Shown in pieces: positions 1-8,928 of a DNA stretch of 45,334 nucleotides (its first letter is position 1; each line of letters starts with the position of its first letter). A program made the position numbers and the translations under genes. This stretch comes from an uncultured Bifidobacterium sp. (GTDB taxonomy: Bacteria > Actinomycetota > Acidimicrobiia > Acidimicrobiales > Ilumatobacteraceae). The stretch is taken from assembly GCA_964595105.1 (NCBI GenBank), contig CAZQPJ010000001.1:1-45334 (forward strand). Reading direction: 5' to 3'. The notes below the pieces were generated by a model that searched no databases, was not told the origin of the DNA, and saw nothing but the letters and a program-made list of their open reading frames with translations.

Positions 1-2260
1 GCTCGCCGCTGCTCGTCGCCGACAACTGGGCAACGAACTGCGGTCGGGCACCGACCAGGCCCGGGTTGGTGAAGTCGAGGATGGCCCACAGGTCACCGAG
101 GCCGTTCTCGATGGGTGTGCCGGTGAGGGCGATGCGACTGCGCGCCGGCAGGCGACGCAACTGCTGCGACGTGTCACTGGTGGGGTTCTTGATGGCCTGG
201 GCTTCGTCGAGCACCAGACGCCCCCACTCGACCGACGCGAGCACCTCCATGTCGCGCACTGCAGTGGCGTAGGTGGTGATCACCAGGTCGTGCCGGGCGA
301 TGCGGTCGGCAAGCACGCGGTCGGAATAGCGGTCGGCGCCGTGGTGCACCAGCACTCGCAGCACCGGCGCGAATCGACCGGCCTCGCGCGCCCAGTTGCC
401 CACCACGGCCGCCGGCGCCACCACCAACGCCGGCCCGTTGCCGCGGCATCGGGCCAGATGGGCGAGCATCGTGGGCGTCTTGCCGAGGCCCATGTCGAGG
501 GCGAGACACCCACCGAGTTCAGCGGCGTCGAGGAAGCCGAGCCAGCCGAGCGCCTCGGCTTGGTAGGTGCGGAGTTCGCCGACGAAGCCATCGGGTTGCG
601 CCACTGCGGCGGCGGATGCAGTGCCCGCCTTGGCGAGGATGTCGGCCGCCCAACTGTTGCCGTGCACCACCGTGCCACCGGCCAGGCCGGATCCATCGAG
701 CCCGATGCTGGCGCGAAGGATTTCGGCGCCGGTCATGGTGGTCACGTCGGCGCGTTCGGCCAGTGCTGCCGCCGCCTTCTCGAGGTCGAGTCGGTCGACC
801 TCCACCCATTTCCCGTTCGCCTGCACGAGTGGCCGGGCCTGGCGTGCGAGGTGCGCCACCTGTGCCGCAGTGAGTTCGAGGTCGTCGAACAGCACGGTCC
901 ATGCGACATTGCTGAGTTGGTGCGCACCCACCACCGACCCGACGGGAGTGTCGGCGAACAGTCGCAGCGACGGCCGTGCCTTCCTGCGCGACATCGGCGG
1001 TACCCGCACGTCGAACCCGGCCGCTGCCAGCGTGGGTCCGAGGGTGGTCATGAAGTCCCACGCCTCGTCCTGACTGAGGCCCACCTGACCACGGCGCCGG
1101 GTGCTCGAGCGGTCGATGGCAGGCATCAGGCGGGTGAAGCGGTTCCACTCGGCGTGCAGGAGGCCTGCGCTGCTCTCGGTCCGCAGCGCCACGTCGATGG
1201 GCACCAGCCTGCCCTTCGCAACCGGCGTCTTCACCGACACCACCCACACACCTCCCTCCACCGGCGGGTCGAGTTCCACCACCAGGGTGCGACGGTTGCT
1301 GGCGGTGACGCTGCGGCTCCACTGCTCCATTCGCCGGGCGAGGTCGGCCACTTGGTTGCCGTGGGCCTTGAACACCTGGCCGTCCATACGGGCGATGATC
1401 GTGTCGTTGAGGTCGATGGGCGTCGTGGCGTTCGGCGGCTGGGCCGGCAGTTCCATGCGCTCGATGCTCTCGAGCATGATGGTCTCCACCACTGCAGCCA
1501 TCACCGCCGAGGTCAGCCACCGTGCGTCGCCACCACCGAGCGCCGCGACGGTGGGAGGCATCGCCGCCACCAGCGCATCGACCTCGGCACTGGTGCCGAG
1601 GGCCGGCAGCCAACGCACGGCCGCCTCGGCAGGGCCACTGTCGGGCCGCTTCAGCACCTTCACGCCCGGCACCACGGCGCCGCTGGCCACCAGTCGGGCG
1701 CCCTCCAGCGCGACGCGGCCCATCCACACCACGCTGGCGCCCACGCCTTCGCCGGCCTCGCCACCGCCGACGGCAACCAACCATCCGAGCGCGTCCTTCA
1801 TGGTGATGGCCAGCGAGTCGGCGCGCGTGCCACCGGGCAGGAGCACACCCTTGTGAACCTGCCAACCGTGCGGCGGGCCGCCCACCTTCTCGAGCCGGGT
1901 CGAGAGGTCGTCGTGGTTGGCGGGCTCGACACCTCGGCCTCCCGCCCACACCACGATCTGCCCCTGGAACCAGGTGGCCTGCAACTCCACTTCACCGGGC
2001 TCCACCTCGTGGAAGGCGAGGTCGTCGAACTCGGCGGCGGTGGCCGCGGCCGGTTCCGGCGCGAGGAACTTCGAGGTGGGTGCTTCGGGCAGCAGCAACG
2101 CTGCGGTGTCGAGCAACGACTGCAGGGTGGAGGCGAAGTCGGCCAGTACCTGTTCTCGCTCGTCGCCACGCAGCCCGCGCACCGACACGATGTCGTCCTC
2201 GGTGTCGGCAATGAGTCGTTCGAGCAGCAGCAGCGAGGCGCGCTCGTCGGCGCGCAACAT
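1..2260 (-). CDS. SNF2/HelZ-type DEAD/DEAH-box helicase, N-terminal ~750 codons (3' end beyond the left edge)
   Basis: The minus-strand frame is open from nt 2494 to the window edge. It is missing from the ORF track only because it has no stop inside the window. My translation gives ALDMGLGKTPTMLAHL (Walker A, nt 476-490), RLVLDEAQAIKNPTS (DEAQ box, nt 197-208) and LTGTPIENGLGDLW (SNF2 motif III), preceded by a long non-helicase N-terminal region. Start set at the first in-frame ATG (2260), where GC3 rises. There is no convincing SD, so the start is uncertain (GTG 2332 possible). Confidence 0.85.
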   Translation of the reverse strand, partial: MLRADERASLLLLERLIADTEDDIVSVRGLRGDEREQVLADFASTLQSLLDTAALLLPEAPTSKFLAPEPAAATAAEFDDLAFHEVEPGEVELQATWFQGQIVVWAGGRGVEPANHDDLSTRLEKVGGPPHGWQVHKGVLLPGGTRADSLAITMKDALGWLVAVGGGEAGEGVGASVVWMGRVALEGARLVASGAVVPGVKVLKRPDSGPAEAAVRWLPALGTSAEVDALVAAMPPTVAALGGGDARWLTSAVMAAVVETIMLESIERMELPAQPPNATTPIDLNDTIIARMDGQVFKAHGNQVADLARRMEQWSRSVTASNRRTLVVELDPPVEGGVWVVSVKTPVAKGRLVPIDVALRTESSAGLLHAEWNRFTRLMPAIDRSSTRRRGQVGLSQDEAWDFMTTLGPTLAAAGFDVRVPPMSRRKARPSLRLFADTPVGSVVGAHQLSNVAWTVLFDDLELTAAQVAHLARQARPLVQANGKWVEVDRLDLEKAAAALAERADVTTMTGAEILRASIGLDGSGLAGGTVVHGNSWAADILAKAGTASAAAVAQPDGFVGELRTYQAEALGWLGFLDAAELGGCLALDMGLGKTPTMLAHLARCRGNGPALVVAPAAVVGNWAREAGRFAPVLRVLVHHGADRYSDRVLADRIARHDLVITTYATAVRDMEVLASVEWGRLVLDEAQAIKNPTSDTSQQLRRLPARSRIALTGTPIENGLGDLWAILDFTNPGLVGARPQFVAQLSATSSGE

Positions 2261-2527
2261 CTCGAGGTCGGCGTCAGAGCCATGACCTCCTGCAATCGAC
2301 CAGACTGCCGATTCGAGTTGTCGTGTGGGCACCTTGTAGTCCGTCCTGGGCCGTGTGCCACGGCACCGTCGACGCGGGTTCGGGGACGACGAGCGCTGCG
2401 TCACCGTGTGTCGCCGCTCGGCCCCCTGTGGCCTCGCGCGGCATGGTGGCACGGAAACCCGTGCGGGCCCAGCGCCGTCCCGCTGGATGGCACCCTACCG
2501 GATGCGTCGGGCCGCCGTCACCTCGGG

Positions 2528-3559
2528 TCAGAGGGAGGTGACCACCGAGACACCCGGCCGGGCGAACCTGCCCATTGCCGGCAGTGCCTCGGGAACGTCG
2601 TCGAGGGTCAGTCGCTCGGTGATCATGGCGGTCGGGTCGAGCCTTCCCTCACCCATCAACGCCAGCACACGATCGAACCGTGATGACGACAGCCCGTGCA
2701 CGCCGAGTACCTCGAGTTCGTCGCGGATCACCCTCGACACCGGGAAGTCGGCGGTGGCTGCGGGGAAGAGCCCGATCTGCACGTGCCTGCCGAGCGCCCG
2801 AAGGCTCATCACCGAGTGACGGGCCGTGAGCGCGTGCCCGAGGCAGTCGACCGACACGTGTGCACCGCCGACGTCGTGCTGCACGGCCATGGCCACGTCG
2901 TCGTGGTCGTTGGCGTTCAACACCACGTCGGCCCCGAGCGACCGTGCGAGTTCGAGCGACGCAGCAGTGATGTCGACCGCCACCACGGTGGCACCGAGCG
3001 CGCGGCCCAGGGCGACAGCGGCGAGGCCGACACCTCCGCACCCGTACACGCACAGCACTTCGCCTTCGGCGAGACGGCCGCGCTCGACCACACCCCGGTA
3101 GGCGGTGGAGACGCGGCACCCCACCAGCGCTGCGCTCTCGTCCGACACCTCGGCTGGCACTTCGACGGCATTGATGTCGGCGAACGGAACCGTGGTGAAC
3201 TGCGCGAAGGCACCCCATCGGGTGAAGCCAGGCTGGTGCTGGTTCCGACACACCTGATGCTGCCCACGCCGGCACGGTTCGCACTGCCCGCAACCGCACA
3301 CGAACGGCGCCACGACACGCTGGCCCACCGCGACGCGATGGACCTCGGAGCCGACTGCCACCACCCTGCCCACGAACTCGTGGCCTCCGACATGCGGGCA
3401 TACGATGTCGGGGTCGGTGCCGTGCCAACCGTGGAAGTCGCTCCGGCACAGTCCGACGGCCAGCACCTCCACCACGGCGTCGAAGGGTCCGGGCGTCGGG
3501 TCATCGACCTCGACCACCGAGATGGCACCACCGAACGTTTCGTAGACCGCTGCCCGCAT
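2528..3559 (-). CDS. zinc-dependent alcohol dehydrogenase (MDR family oxidoreductase)
   Basis: 343-aa ORF with catalytic-Zn motif GHEFVGRVVAVG, structural-Zn Cys cluster CGCGQCEPCRRG and Rossmann segment VYGCGGVGLAAV. Confidence 0.9.
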   Translation of the reverse strand: MRAAVYETFGGAISVVEVDDPTPGPFDAVVEVLAVGLCRSDFHGWHGTDPDIVCPHVGGHEFVGRVVAVGSEVHRVAVGQRVVAPFVCGCGQCEPCRRGQHQVCRNQHQPGFTRWGAFAQFTTVPFADINAVEVPAEVSDESAALVGCRVSTAYRGVVERGRLAEGEVLCVYGCGGVGLAAVALGRALGATVVAVDITAASLELARSLGADVVLNANDHDDVAMAVQHDVGGAHVSVDCLGHALTARHSVMSLRALGRHVQIGLFPAATADFPVSRVIRDELEVLGVHGLSSSRFDRVLALMGEGRLDPTAMITERLTLDDVPEALPAMGRFARPGVSVVTSL

Positions 3560-3610
3560 TCGGGCATCTTCTCATGTTCGGTTCGTCGCGTCATCGGACG
3601 CGCCAGAGGC

Positions 3611-4024
3611 TCAGGTGCGGGGGATGCCGGCCTTCTTCAACACCGACGGCTGCACACCGACGGCACGCCAGGCGGTGTACGAGATCCCCTTGCGCTTGCT
3701 GTACGCCGCTGCGATCTTCACGAAACCGGCTTCGAGAGTGGCGGGATCCACCTTCGCCTGCATCGACTCGAGCTCGACCTGGAGGTCGAGACGCTCCTGC
3801 ACGAGTTCGAGCTCCTGCACCGGCGATGCGTCGACCAGCTCCGCTTCGACGGCCGCAAGGCGCCGCGAGACGGATTCGGCGGTTCGCTTGCGCCCGGGCC
3901 TGCCCTTGCTGTTGCGGAGGGCTTCGAGATAGTCGCGAACGACGCGACCTTCGACTCGTCCTTCTGCCATCGCAGCCTTGTGCTGGTCAGTGATCGACGG
4001 TTTTGCAGCTCGCTTGCTCATCAT
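3611..4024 (-). CDS. hypothetical basic coiled-coil protein (137 aa), possibly DNA-binding
   Basis: Track ORF 3611..4234 trimmed to ATGATG at 4024/4021, preceded by GGGAGA; the longer 5' extension lies in AT-rich, low-GC3 sequence. Lys/Arg-rich N-terminus, heptad-like ELELVQERLDLQVELESMQ, C-terminal GISYTAWRAVGVQPSVLKKAGI. No family recognised. Confidence 0.55.
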   Translation of the reverse strand: MMSKRAAKPSITDQHKAAMAEGRVEGRVVRDYLEALRNSKGRPGRKRTAESVSRRLAAVEAELVDASPVQELELVQERLDLQVELESMQAKVDPATLEAGFVKIAAAYSKRKGISYTAWRAVGVQPSVLKKAGIPRT

Positions 4025-4055
4025 TCTCCCAGCGTACGTTTCTTCGCATCCCAAA

Positions 4056-4075
4056 ACAATGTTCATTGTATACAA
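4056..4075. promoter_or_regulatory. overlapping palindromes (candidate operator) in an AT-rich divergent intergenic region
   Basis: ACAATGttCATTGT (4056-4069) overlaps the perfect palindrome TTGTATACAA (4066-4075). A further TTGTATA half-site lies at 4274-4280. The site sits ~30 bp upstream of the 3611..4024 gene start, inside the 4025-4353 low-GC spacer. Confidence 0.35.
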
Positions 4076-4353
4076 AATGTCAATCCCTGGCTCAACATCG
4101 ACATCTCGGCGGCCAGGTAGGCGGCCGGTGGCAGCGGTCCTCCATTGTTTGCCGTGCGTGCGGGGTTCATCTCGTTCGACACGGCGCTTGCGCCACAGAG
4201 TCGGGTGATCACGGTGTTGGGTCGGTTGCATCAATGAGAAGGAAATCAGTGTAAGAAACAGTATAAAGATGACTTGTATATCCGCTCACGCTTTGTCACT
4301 ATCCTTTCGGTGCAGCTCGGGAACCTGCTTTCACCAATTGCGGTCTGCCGCGC

Positions 4354-4638
4354 ATGACGAGTTCGAAGGATCGGCCACGCACCTCGTTCTGGATTCGCAC
4401 CCTTCAGTACGCCCGCGACCATGGTGATTGGGTGCGTGTGCCCCGGTACTACACGCAGGCAACTGCGGCGCAGCTGGTGTCCGACATCATCAATGCCAGC
4501 CATCGCGACCCCCGGAGCGTGCGGGTGAAGGGAATCCTGCCCGGCGAACAGTGGGAGGCCAGGTGGGGTCATGCACCCGACGGTCCCCACGGTGACCACG
4601 TGGTGTGGGTCCGTCTCGCCGCGCCGGACGGCACATGA
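4354..4638 (+). CDS. hypothetical small protein (94 aa)
   Basis: ORF with GC-rich third codon positions. Its TGA stop overlaps the ATG of the downstream nuclease lipoprotein gene (ATGA at 4635-4638). No family recognised. Confidence 0.5.
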   Translation: MTSSKDRPRTSFWIRTLQYARDHGDWVRVPRYYTQATAAQLVSDIINASHRDPRSVRVKGILPGEQWEARWGHAPDGPHGDHVVWVRLAAPDGT

Positions 4639-5330
4639 CACGGTTCGCGAGCGCCGCCCTCCTTTTGGCGCTCACCGCCTGCCTGCCGGTGGCCCCGGCG
4701 GCGGATGCACGAGCGTCGACACCGACCGACCGCCGCGGAACCACCACGGTGCTGGCCGCCGATCTGCTTGGTTTCGTCACCGTGGAACGCGAACACCGCG
4801 GCGGGTACCGACGTGAACTCTTCGCCTACCCACAGGCAATGGGGCACGGTTGCGACACACGCGATCGCGTGCTCGAACTCGAGTCGAGCATCAAGGTGCG
4901 ATTCACGTCGTCCGGTTGTTCCGTCGCACGAGGTTCATGGGTATCCGTGTACGACGGACTGACCTACACCTCGCCACGCGGTCTGGAGATCGACCACGTC
5001 GTGGCGCTGAAGGAGGCGTGGGACTCCGGGGCTTGGAACTGGAATGCTGCGGCGCGTGAGGCGTTTGCCAACGATCTCACCGACGGCCGCACCCTGCAGG
5101 CCGTGAGTTCGGCATCGAATCGCAAGAAGGGTGACAAGGATCCCTCGAACTGGTTGCCGTCGAATTCGGCTGATGTCTGCTCGTACATCGGCGACTGGGT
5201 GACCATCAAGGTCCGGTGGCACCTGTCGATGGACCAGAGCGAGTACGGGCGTGTACGGAACCTTCTCCGCGGTCAGTGCAACGGCTGGAGAGTGGCGGCC
5301 TTCGCCCGGCCACCGGTGGCAGTGCCGTAG
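4635..5330 (+). CDS. secreted lipoprotein with DUF1524-type His-Me finger (HNH) nuclease domain
   Basis: Start moved to ATG 4635. Signal peptide with lipobox MTRFASAALLLALTAC. C-terminal LEIDHVVALKEAWDSGA ... TLQAVSSASNRKKGDKDPSNWLP resembles the DUF1524/GmrSD C-terminal nuclease motif. Confidence 0.75.
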   Translation: MTRFASAALLLALTACLPVAPAADARASTPTDRRGTTTVLAADLLGFVTVEREHRGGYRRELFAYPQAMGHGCDTRDRVLELESSIKVRFTSSGCSVARGSWVSVYDGLTYTSPRGLEIDHVVALKEAWDSGAWNWNAAAREAFANDLTDGRTLQAVSSASNRKKGDKDPSNWLPSNSADVCSYIGDWVTIKVRWHLSMDQSEYGRVRNLLRGQCNGWRVAAFARPPVAVP

Positions 5331-5335
5331 CCGGA

Positions 5336-6262
5336 TCATGAATTCGGGTGCACGACCTCCCACGGTGCCACCCAATCGCCGTCGACTCTCAGCGCCACGC
5401 CAGCATCATCCTCGATCACCTTGCACACGGTCATCTCGCCGGCGGTGTCGCCGTAGCGCTCCGCTGCCTCGGCGAAACGAGCGTGCGCAGCACGAGTGAG
5501 TTCGCTGCGGGTGCCCACGTCGTCGAGCAGGTCGCCGATGAGCCCGAGGTCCTTGAGGCAGAGGGCCAACCGGAACGACGGGTCGTAATGCCCGGCGAAG
5601 ATCGACGGCACGTCGTGGCGCATCACGAAACTCTCCGCGGCACCGCCTTCCATGGCAGCCCACCAGACGTCGGGTTCGAGCCCCGCCACCTTGGCGGCCA
5701 CCATCGCCTCGCCGATGGCGGCAGCATGGATGAACCACAGTTGGTTGTTCACCAACTTGGCCACGTACCCGTTGCCGTAGCCACCGACGCGACGGGTGAC
5801 ACCGACGGCGTCGAGCACCGACTGCACCTGCGCAATGGCTGCGTCGTTGCCGCCGACGAACAGGATCATGTCACCTCGGATGCACGAGTCGATCGAACCG
5901 GTGACCGGGGCATCCACCGCCGCCCCACCCGAGGCCTCGAACTCGGCGGCCAACGCTCGCATCAGGGCCGGGGTACTTGTGGTGAGGTCGATCCACGTGC
6001 GTCCGTGGCACTCCCCGGCCAGCAGACCCTGCGCACCGCGCACCACCTGCTCGATCTGCGCCGGCCCGAACACCATCGACATCACCACGTCGACCCGGCT
6101 CACCATCTCGGCGGGTGACTCGCACCAGGTGGCTCCCTCCGCCTCCAGAGGGTGACCCGCCTCGCGACGGATGTCGTGCACGAACAACTCGAAGCCCGCA
6201 CGACGGACATTGCGGGCGGCCGCGGCACCCATGTTTCCGAGCCCGATGAATCCGACCTTCAT
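5336..6262 (-). CDS. NAD(P)-dependent oxidoreductase, 3-hydroxyisobutyrate dehydrogenase (HIBADH/GarR) family
   Basis: Track ORF trimmed to ATG 6262, preceded by AGGGGGA. N-terminal Rossmann MKVGFIGLGNMGAAAARN. Length (308 aa) and the central GYGNGYVAKLVNNQL segment are typical of the family. Confidence 0.85.
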   Translation of the reverse strand: MKVGFIGLGNMGAAAARNVRRAGFELFVHDIRREAGHPLEAEGATWCESPAEMVSRVDVVMSMVFGPAQIEQVVRGAQGLLAGECHGRTWIDLTTSTPALMRALAAEFEASGGAAVDAPVTGSIDSCIRGDMILFVGGNDAAIAQVQSVLDAVGVTRRVGGYGNGYVAKLVNNQLWFIHAAAIGEAMVAAKVAGLEPDVWWAAMEGGAAESFVMRHDVPSIFAGHYDPSFRLALCLKDLGLIGDLLDDVGTRSELTRAAHARFAEAAERYGDTAGEMTVCKVIEDDAGVALRVDGDWVAPWEVVHPNS

Positions 6263-6342
6263 GACTGTCCCCCTTGTGAGCGCCGGCCCCACGCTAGCGA
6301 GGCAGGGACCGCGCCGATGCCCATCCGGTACAGTCCCAGCCC

Positions 6343-7497
6343 ATGTCCTTGGTGACTCCCGAACTCGTTGGCAGCGCGGCATCAGCGCCCGCCGCCACAC
6401 CGGCCTCGGCGCGCCGACGCCTCGGTATGCGCTGGAAGCTCCTCATCGCCTTCGGTCTGGGCTTCACCGTCATCTTCCTGGTGCTGGCCTACTGGATCCT
6501 GCAGTTCTCCACCGACACCGCGACCAACAAACTGCGCACCACGCTGCGAGAGCTGAGCGAGGGCGGTGCTGCGGCCATCGACACGCACGCGTTCGAACAA
6601 CTGTTGACCCACGACTCCGCCATCGAGGCGGGCAGCACCTACCCGGCGAACGCTGGCACGCTGGCCGGTACCACGGCCACAGCCGAGAGCGTCTACCCCA
6701 CCTTCCCCGGGTACTGGGCTCACGTCGACGAACTCGCCCGCATCCGACTCACCAACCCCGAGGCCTCGCCCTACACCTATGCGCTCGACGCCGACGGCAC
6801 GGTGAAGTTCATCGGCTCGTGGGGCGCGAAGGGCTATCCGAACATGGGCGTCGACCAACCCAACGGCGGACGCTTCAAGCAGAACGCGCTCGATTGGGTC
6901 GACCAGCCGACCCTCGACTACTTCCGCAAGGGCTTCTCGAGCACCACCGAGCAGCCCTCGTACTGCGACAACCTCGACTGCTGGATCTCCGTCTACACAC
7001 CCATCAAGAACGCCGAGGGCAACACCATCGGTGCCATCGGGGTCGACTACAACCTCGCCTACGTCGACGAGGTTCGCAGCAAGGTGTTGCGAATCCTCTA
7101 CCCGGTGTTCATCGCCGCCTATCTGGTGCTGCTCTTCATGGTGTTCTGGCTGTCCGGTTGGCTCACGCGCCGTCTCGGCCGACTGTCCTCGGCCACGCAG
7201 CGCGTCGCCGAGGGCGACTACGCGGTCGATCTCACCGGGGCCACGAAAGCCACCTTCCCCGACGAGATGTCGGAACTGGCTCGAGCCTTCATCGTGATGG
7301 TCGACAAGGTGGGCGACCGCGAGCGCACCCTGGTGCGTCAGGTGCAGGTGTTGAAGGTCGAGATCGACGAGAAGAAGCGTCAGCAGGCGGTGGTCGAGAT
7401 CGTCGAGTCCGACTTCTTCGCCGACCTCACCGCGAAGGCGGGTGCCATGCGCCGCAAGGTGAAGGCACTCGACGAACCGGACGGCGCCGATGGCTGA
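6343..7497 (+). CDS. membrane sensor: N-terminal TM, Cache-like extracytoplasmic domain, second TM, HAMP, coiled-coil; no enzymatic output domain
   Basis: Two hydrophobic segments (LLIAFGLGFTVIFLVLAYWIL; ILYPVFIAAYLVLLFMVFWLSGWL) flank a ~210-aa soluble domain. A HAMP-like LTRRLGRLSSATQRVAEGDYAVDL...DEMSELARAFIVMVDKV follows, then a charged coiled coil. The start may be the internal ATG at 6427. Confidence 0.7.
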   Translation: MSLVTPELVGSAASAPAATPASARRRLGMRWKLLIAFGLGFTVIFLVLAYWILQFSTDTATNKLRTTLRELSEGGAAAIDTHAFEQLLTHDSAIEAGSTYPANAGTLAGTTATAESVYPTFPGYWAHVDELARIRLTNPEASPYTYALDADGTVKFIGSWGAKGYPNMGVDQPNGGRFKQNALDWVDQPTLDYFRKGFSSTTEQPSYCDNLDCWISVYTPIKNAEGNTIGAIGVDYNLAYVDEVRSKVLRILYPVFIAAYLVLLFMVFWLSGWLTRRLGRLSSATQRVAEGDYAVDLTGATKATFPDEMSELARAFIVMVDKVGDRERTLVRQVQVLKVEIDEKKRQQAVVEIVESDFFADLTAKAGAMRRKVKALDEPDGADG

Positions 7498-8923
7498 CGA
7501 CGACCTCGACATGCTGCTGTCGTCAGCGCGCGCTGCCCGGCCACGCCGACTCGACGGCGCCGACTCCGTCGGTGGTGCGGCCGCTCCGCAACTCACCTCC
7601 GCCGACGACTCGATCGACGCGGTGCTGCCCGGCCCCAACGAGCCACGGCACACGGAGCGACGCAAGCGGTGGATGCTCGGCCTCTCAGTGGTACTCGTCG
7701 CCGTGGCGTTCTCGGGTCTCCTCACTGATGCCGTGGCCGCATCGCAACTGCTGTCGTCATCGGGTCCATGGTCGTTGGCGGTCGTGTGGCCGCTCGGCGG
7801 GCTCAGCCTGCTGGCCACGGCTGCCGTGCAGTCGCGGTTCGTCGACCGCTTCGCCCGCGTGTCCGTGCTGGTGGGCCTGCTGGTGTCGTACGCGGCGGCG
7901 TTCGGCGTGCTGCTCCTCCTTGTCGCCATCGGTGTCACCACCGCAGTGCCTGCCGCCATGGCGTGGCTGTTGGCCGATCAGATGAACTTCCTCCTACCCC
8001 TCGTGGTGTGGTCGTTGGCGAGTGACGTGTTCACCGCTGGCGAAGCACTGAACCTCTACCCGCGCATGTCGCGCTGGCTCTATGCGGGGCAGTTCGTCGG
8101 CCTCGGTGTGGCCACGCTCGGCGGGTGGGTGTGGCGTGACGCCGAACGTGATCTCCTGTGGCTGCTGGCCCTCGCGCCGATGGCCTGTCTCATCGCCGCG
8201 CTGGTTGCACCGCGCCTGTTGCGTGACGCCACCACCGGTGCCGGGCATCAACGCCACCAGAGCAGCGCCGAGGCCACCCGCGACACCATGGCCTTCCTTC
8301 GCGACCTGCCGTCGTTCTGGTGGCTCCTGAAGGGCTCGTTCGCAGTCATGCTGGGCGGCACCATCGTCGAGTTCTCCTACTTCGAGTTGAGCGAGGCGCG
8401 CACCGACGGAGCCGGCCACCTCCAGGCCCTCTACGCAGGCATCACGCTGCTCGGTTTCGTGTTGTGCTGGGTGGTGCAGTCCACCATCGGCCCGAAGGTG
8501 CTGGCACGGATGGGTGCGGCGCGTTCGCTCGCCGTGCTGCCCGCTGCTGTCGTGCTGGCAGCACTCGTGGCGCTCGCAGCCGGACTGAACACCTCGGTGG
8601 CGATGGCGGCCGCGGCCCTGTTGCTGTGGCGGTTGCCGCGCTGGAGCCTCGACGCCAGCGCACGGCAGGCGGCGTTCGCGCTCCTGCCCGACGAACGTCG
8701 CGGCCGCGCCTCGTTCGCCATTGATCTCGTGCCGCTCGCCACGGCACTCGTGGTGTCGGCTGCGCCCATTGCGTTGATGCTGGGCACTCACCAACGCTGG
8801 ACCGAAGCCGTGCTGGGCGTTCTGCTGGGTGTTGCAGGTCTCTGGTGCGCACGCGCGGTGATCGCCGGGTGGGAGACCACACAGCTCAGTTATCGACTGA
8901 AGCGACGCAAGCGGCTCACCTGA
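7490..8923 (+). CDS. 12-TM MFS-like transporter (possibly nucleotide/ATP:ADP-antiporter-like family)
   Basis: 477-aa ORF whose ATG overlaps the upstream stop by 8 nt. About 12 hydrophobic spans after a ~60-aa cytoplasmic N-terminus. The family call is from topology only. Confidence 0.55.
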   Translation: MADDDLDMLLSSARAARPRRLDGADSVGGAAAPQLTSADDSIDAVLPGPNEPRHTERRKRWMLGLSVVLVAVAFSGLLTDAVAASQLLSSSGPWSLAVVWPLGGLSLLATAAVQSRFVDRFARVSVLVGLLVSYAAAFGVLLLLVAIGVTTAVPAAMAWLLADQMNFLLPLVVWSLASDVFTAGEALNLYPRMSRWLYAGQFVGLGVATLGGWVWRDAERDLLWLLALAPMACLIAALVAPRLLRDATTGAGHQRHQSSAEATRDTMAFLRDLPSFWWLLKGSFAVMLGGTIVEFSYFELSEARTDGAGHLQALYAGITLLGFVLCWVVQSTIGPKVLARMGAARSLAVLPAAVVLAALVALAAGLNTSVAMAAAALLLWRLPRWSLDASARQAAFALLPDERRGRASFAIDLVPLATALVVSAAPIALMLGTHQRWTEAVLGVLLGVAGLWCARAVIAGWETTQLSYRLKRRKRLT

Positions 8924-8928
8924 GCCGC
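8911..8928. terminator. 18-bp palindrome containing both stop codons of a convergent, overlapping gene pair
   Basis: GCGGCTCAccTGAGCCGC. TGA (8921-8923) ends the transporter and TCA (8916-8918) is the stop of the minus-strand GNAT-like gene. It could form a short GC-rich hairpin in either transcript. Confidence 0.25.

Noticed and set aside
1-2260. SNF2 helicase as part of a phage-defence island (DISARM/BREX/Zorya-like)
   Set aside because: No methyltransferase, PLD/DUF1998, PglZ or other defence partner lies adjacent within the window. The neighbouring gene is an ordinary Zn-ADH. The N-terminal architecture resembles housekeeping actinobacterial HelZ-type proteins. The left flank is unseen, so this is not fully excluded.
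2261-2527. Possible riboswitch or sRNA in the 267-bp spacer between the helicase start and the ADH stop, including hairpin GCACGGaaacCCGTGC (2449-2464) and GTGCCacGGCAC (2354-2365)
   Set aside because: These are only short GC hairpins, which are expected by chance in GC-rich DNA. I could identify no conserved riboswitch core and no U-tract. At most this is a weak terminator for the ADH gene.
290-2683. 797-aa plus-strand ORF (plus the 476-aa and 187-aa minus-strand ORFs) covering the first 2.7 kb
   Set aside because: The translations are His/Arg/Gly/Pro-rich low-complexity, typical of shadow frames in GC-rich DNA. The third minus-strand frame, not in the track because it lacks a stop in the window, encodes clear SNF2 helicase motifs (GLGKT, DEAQ).
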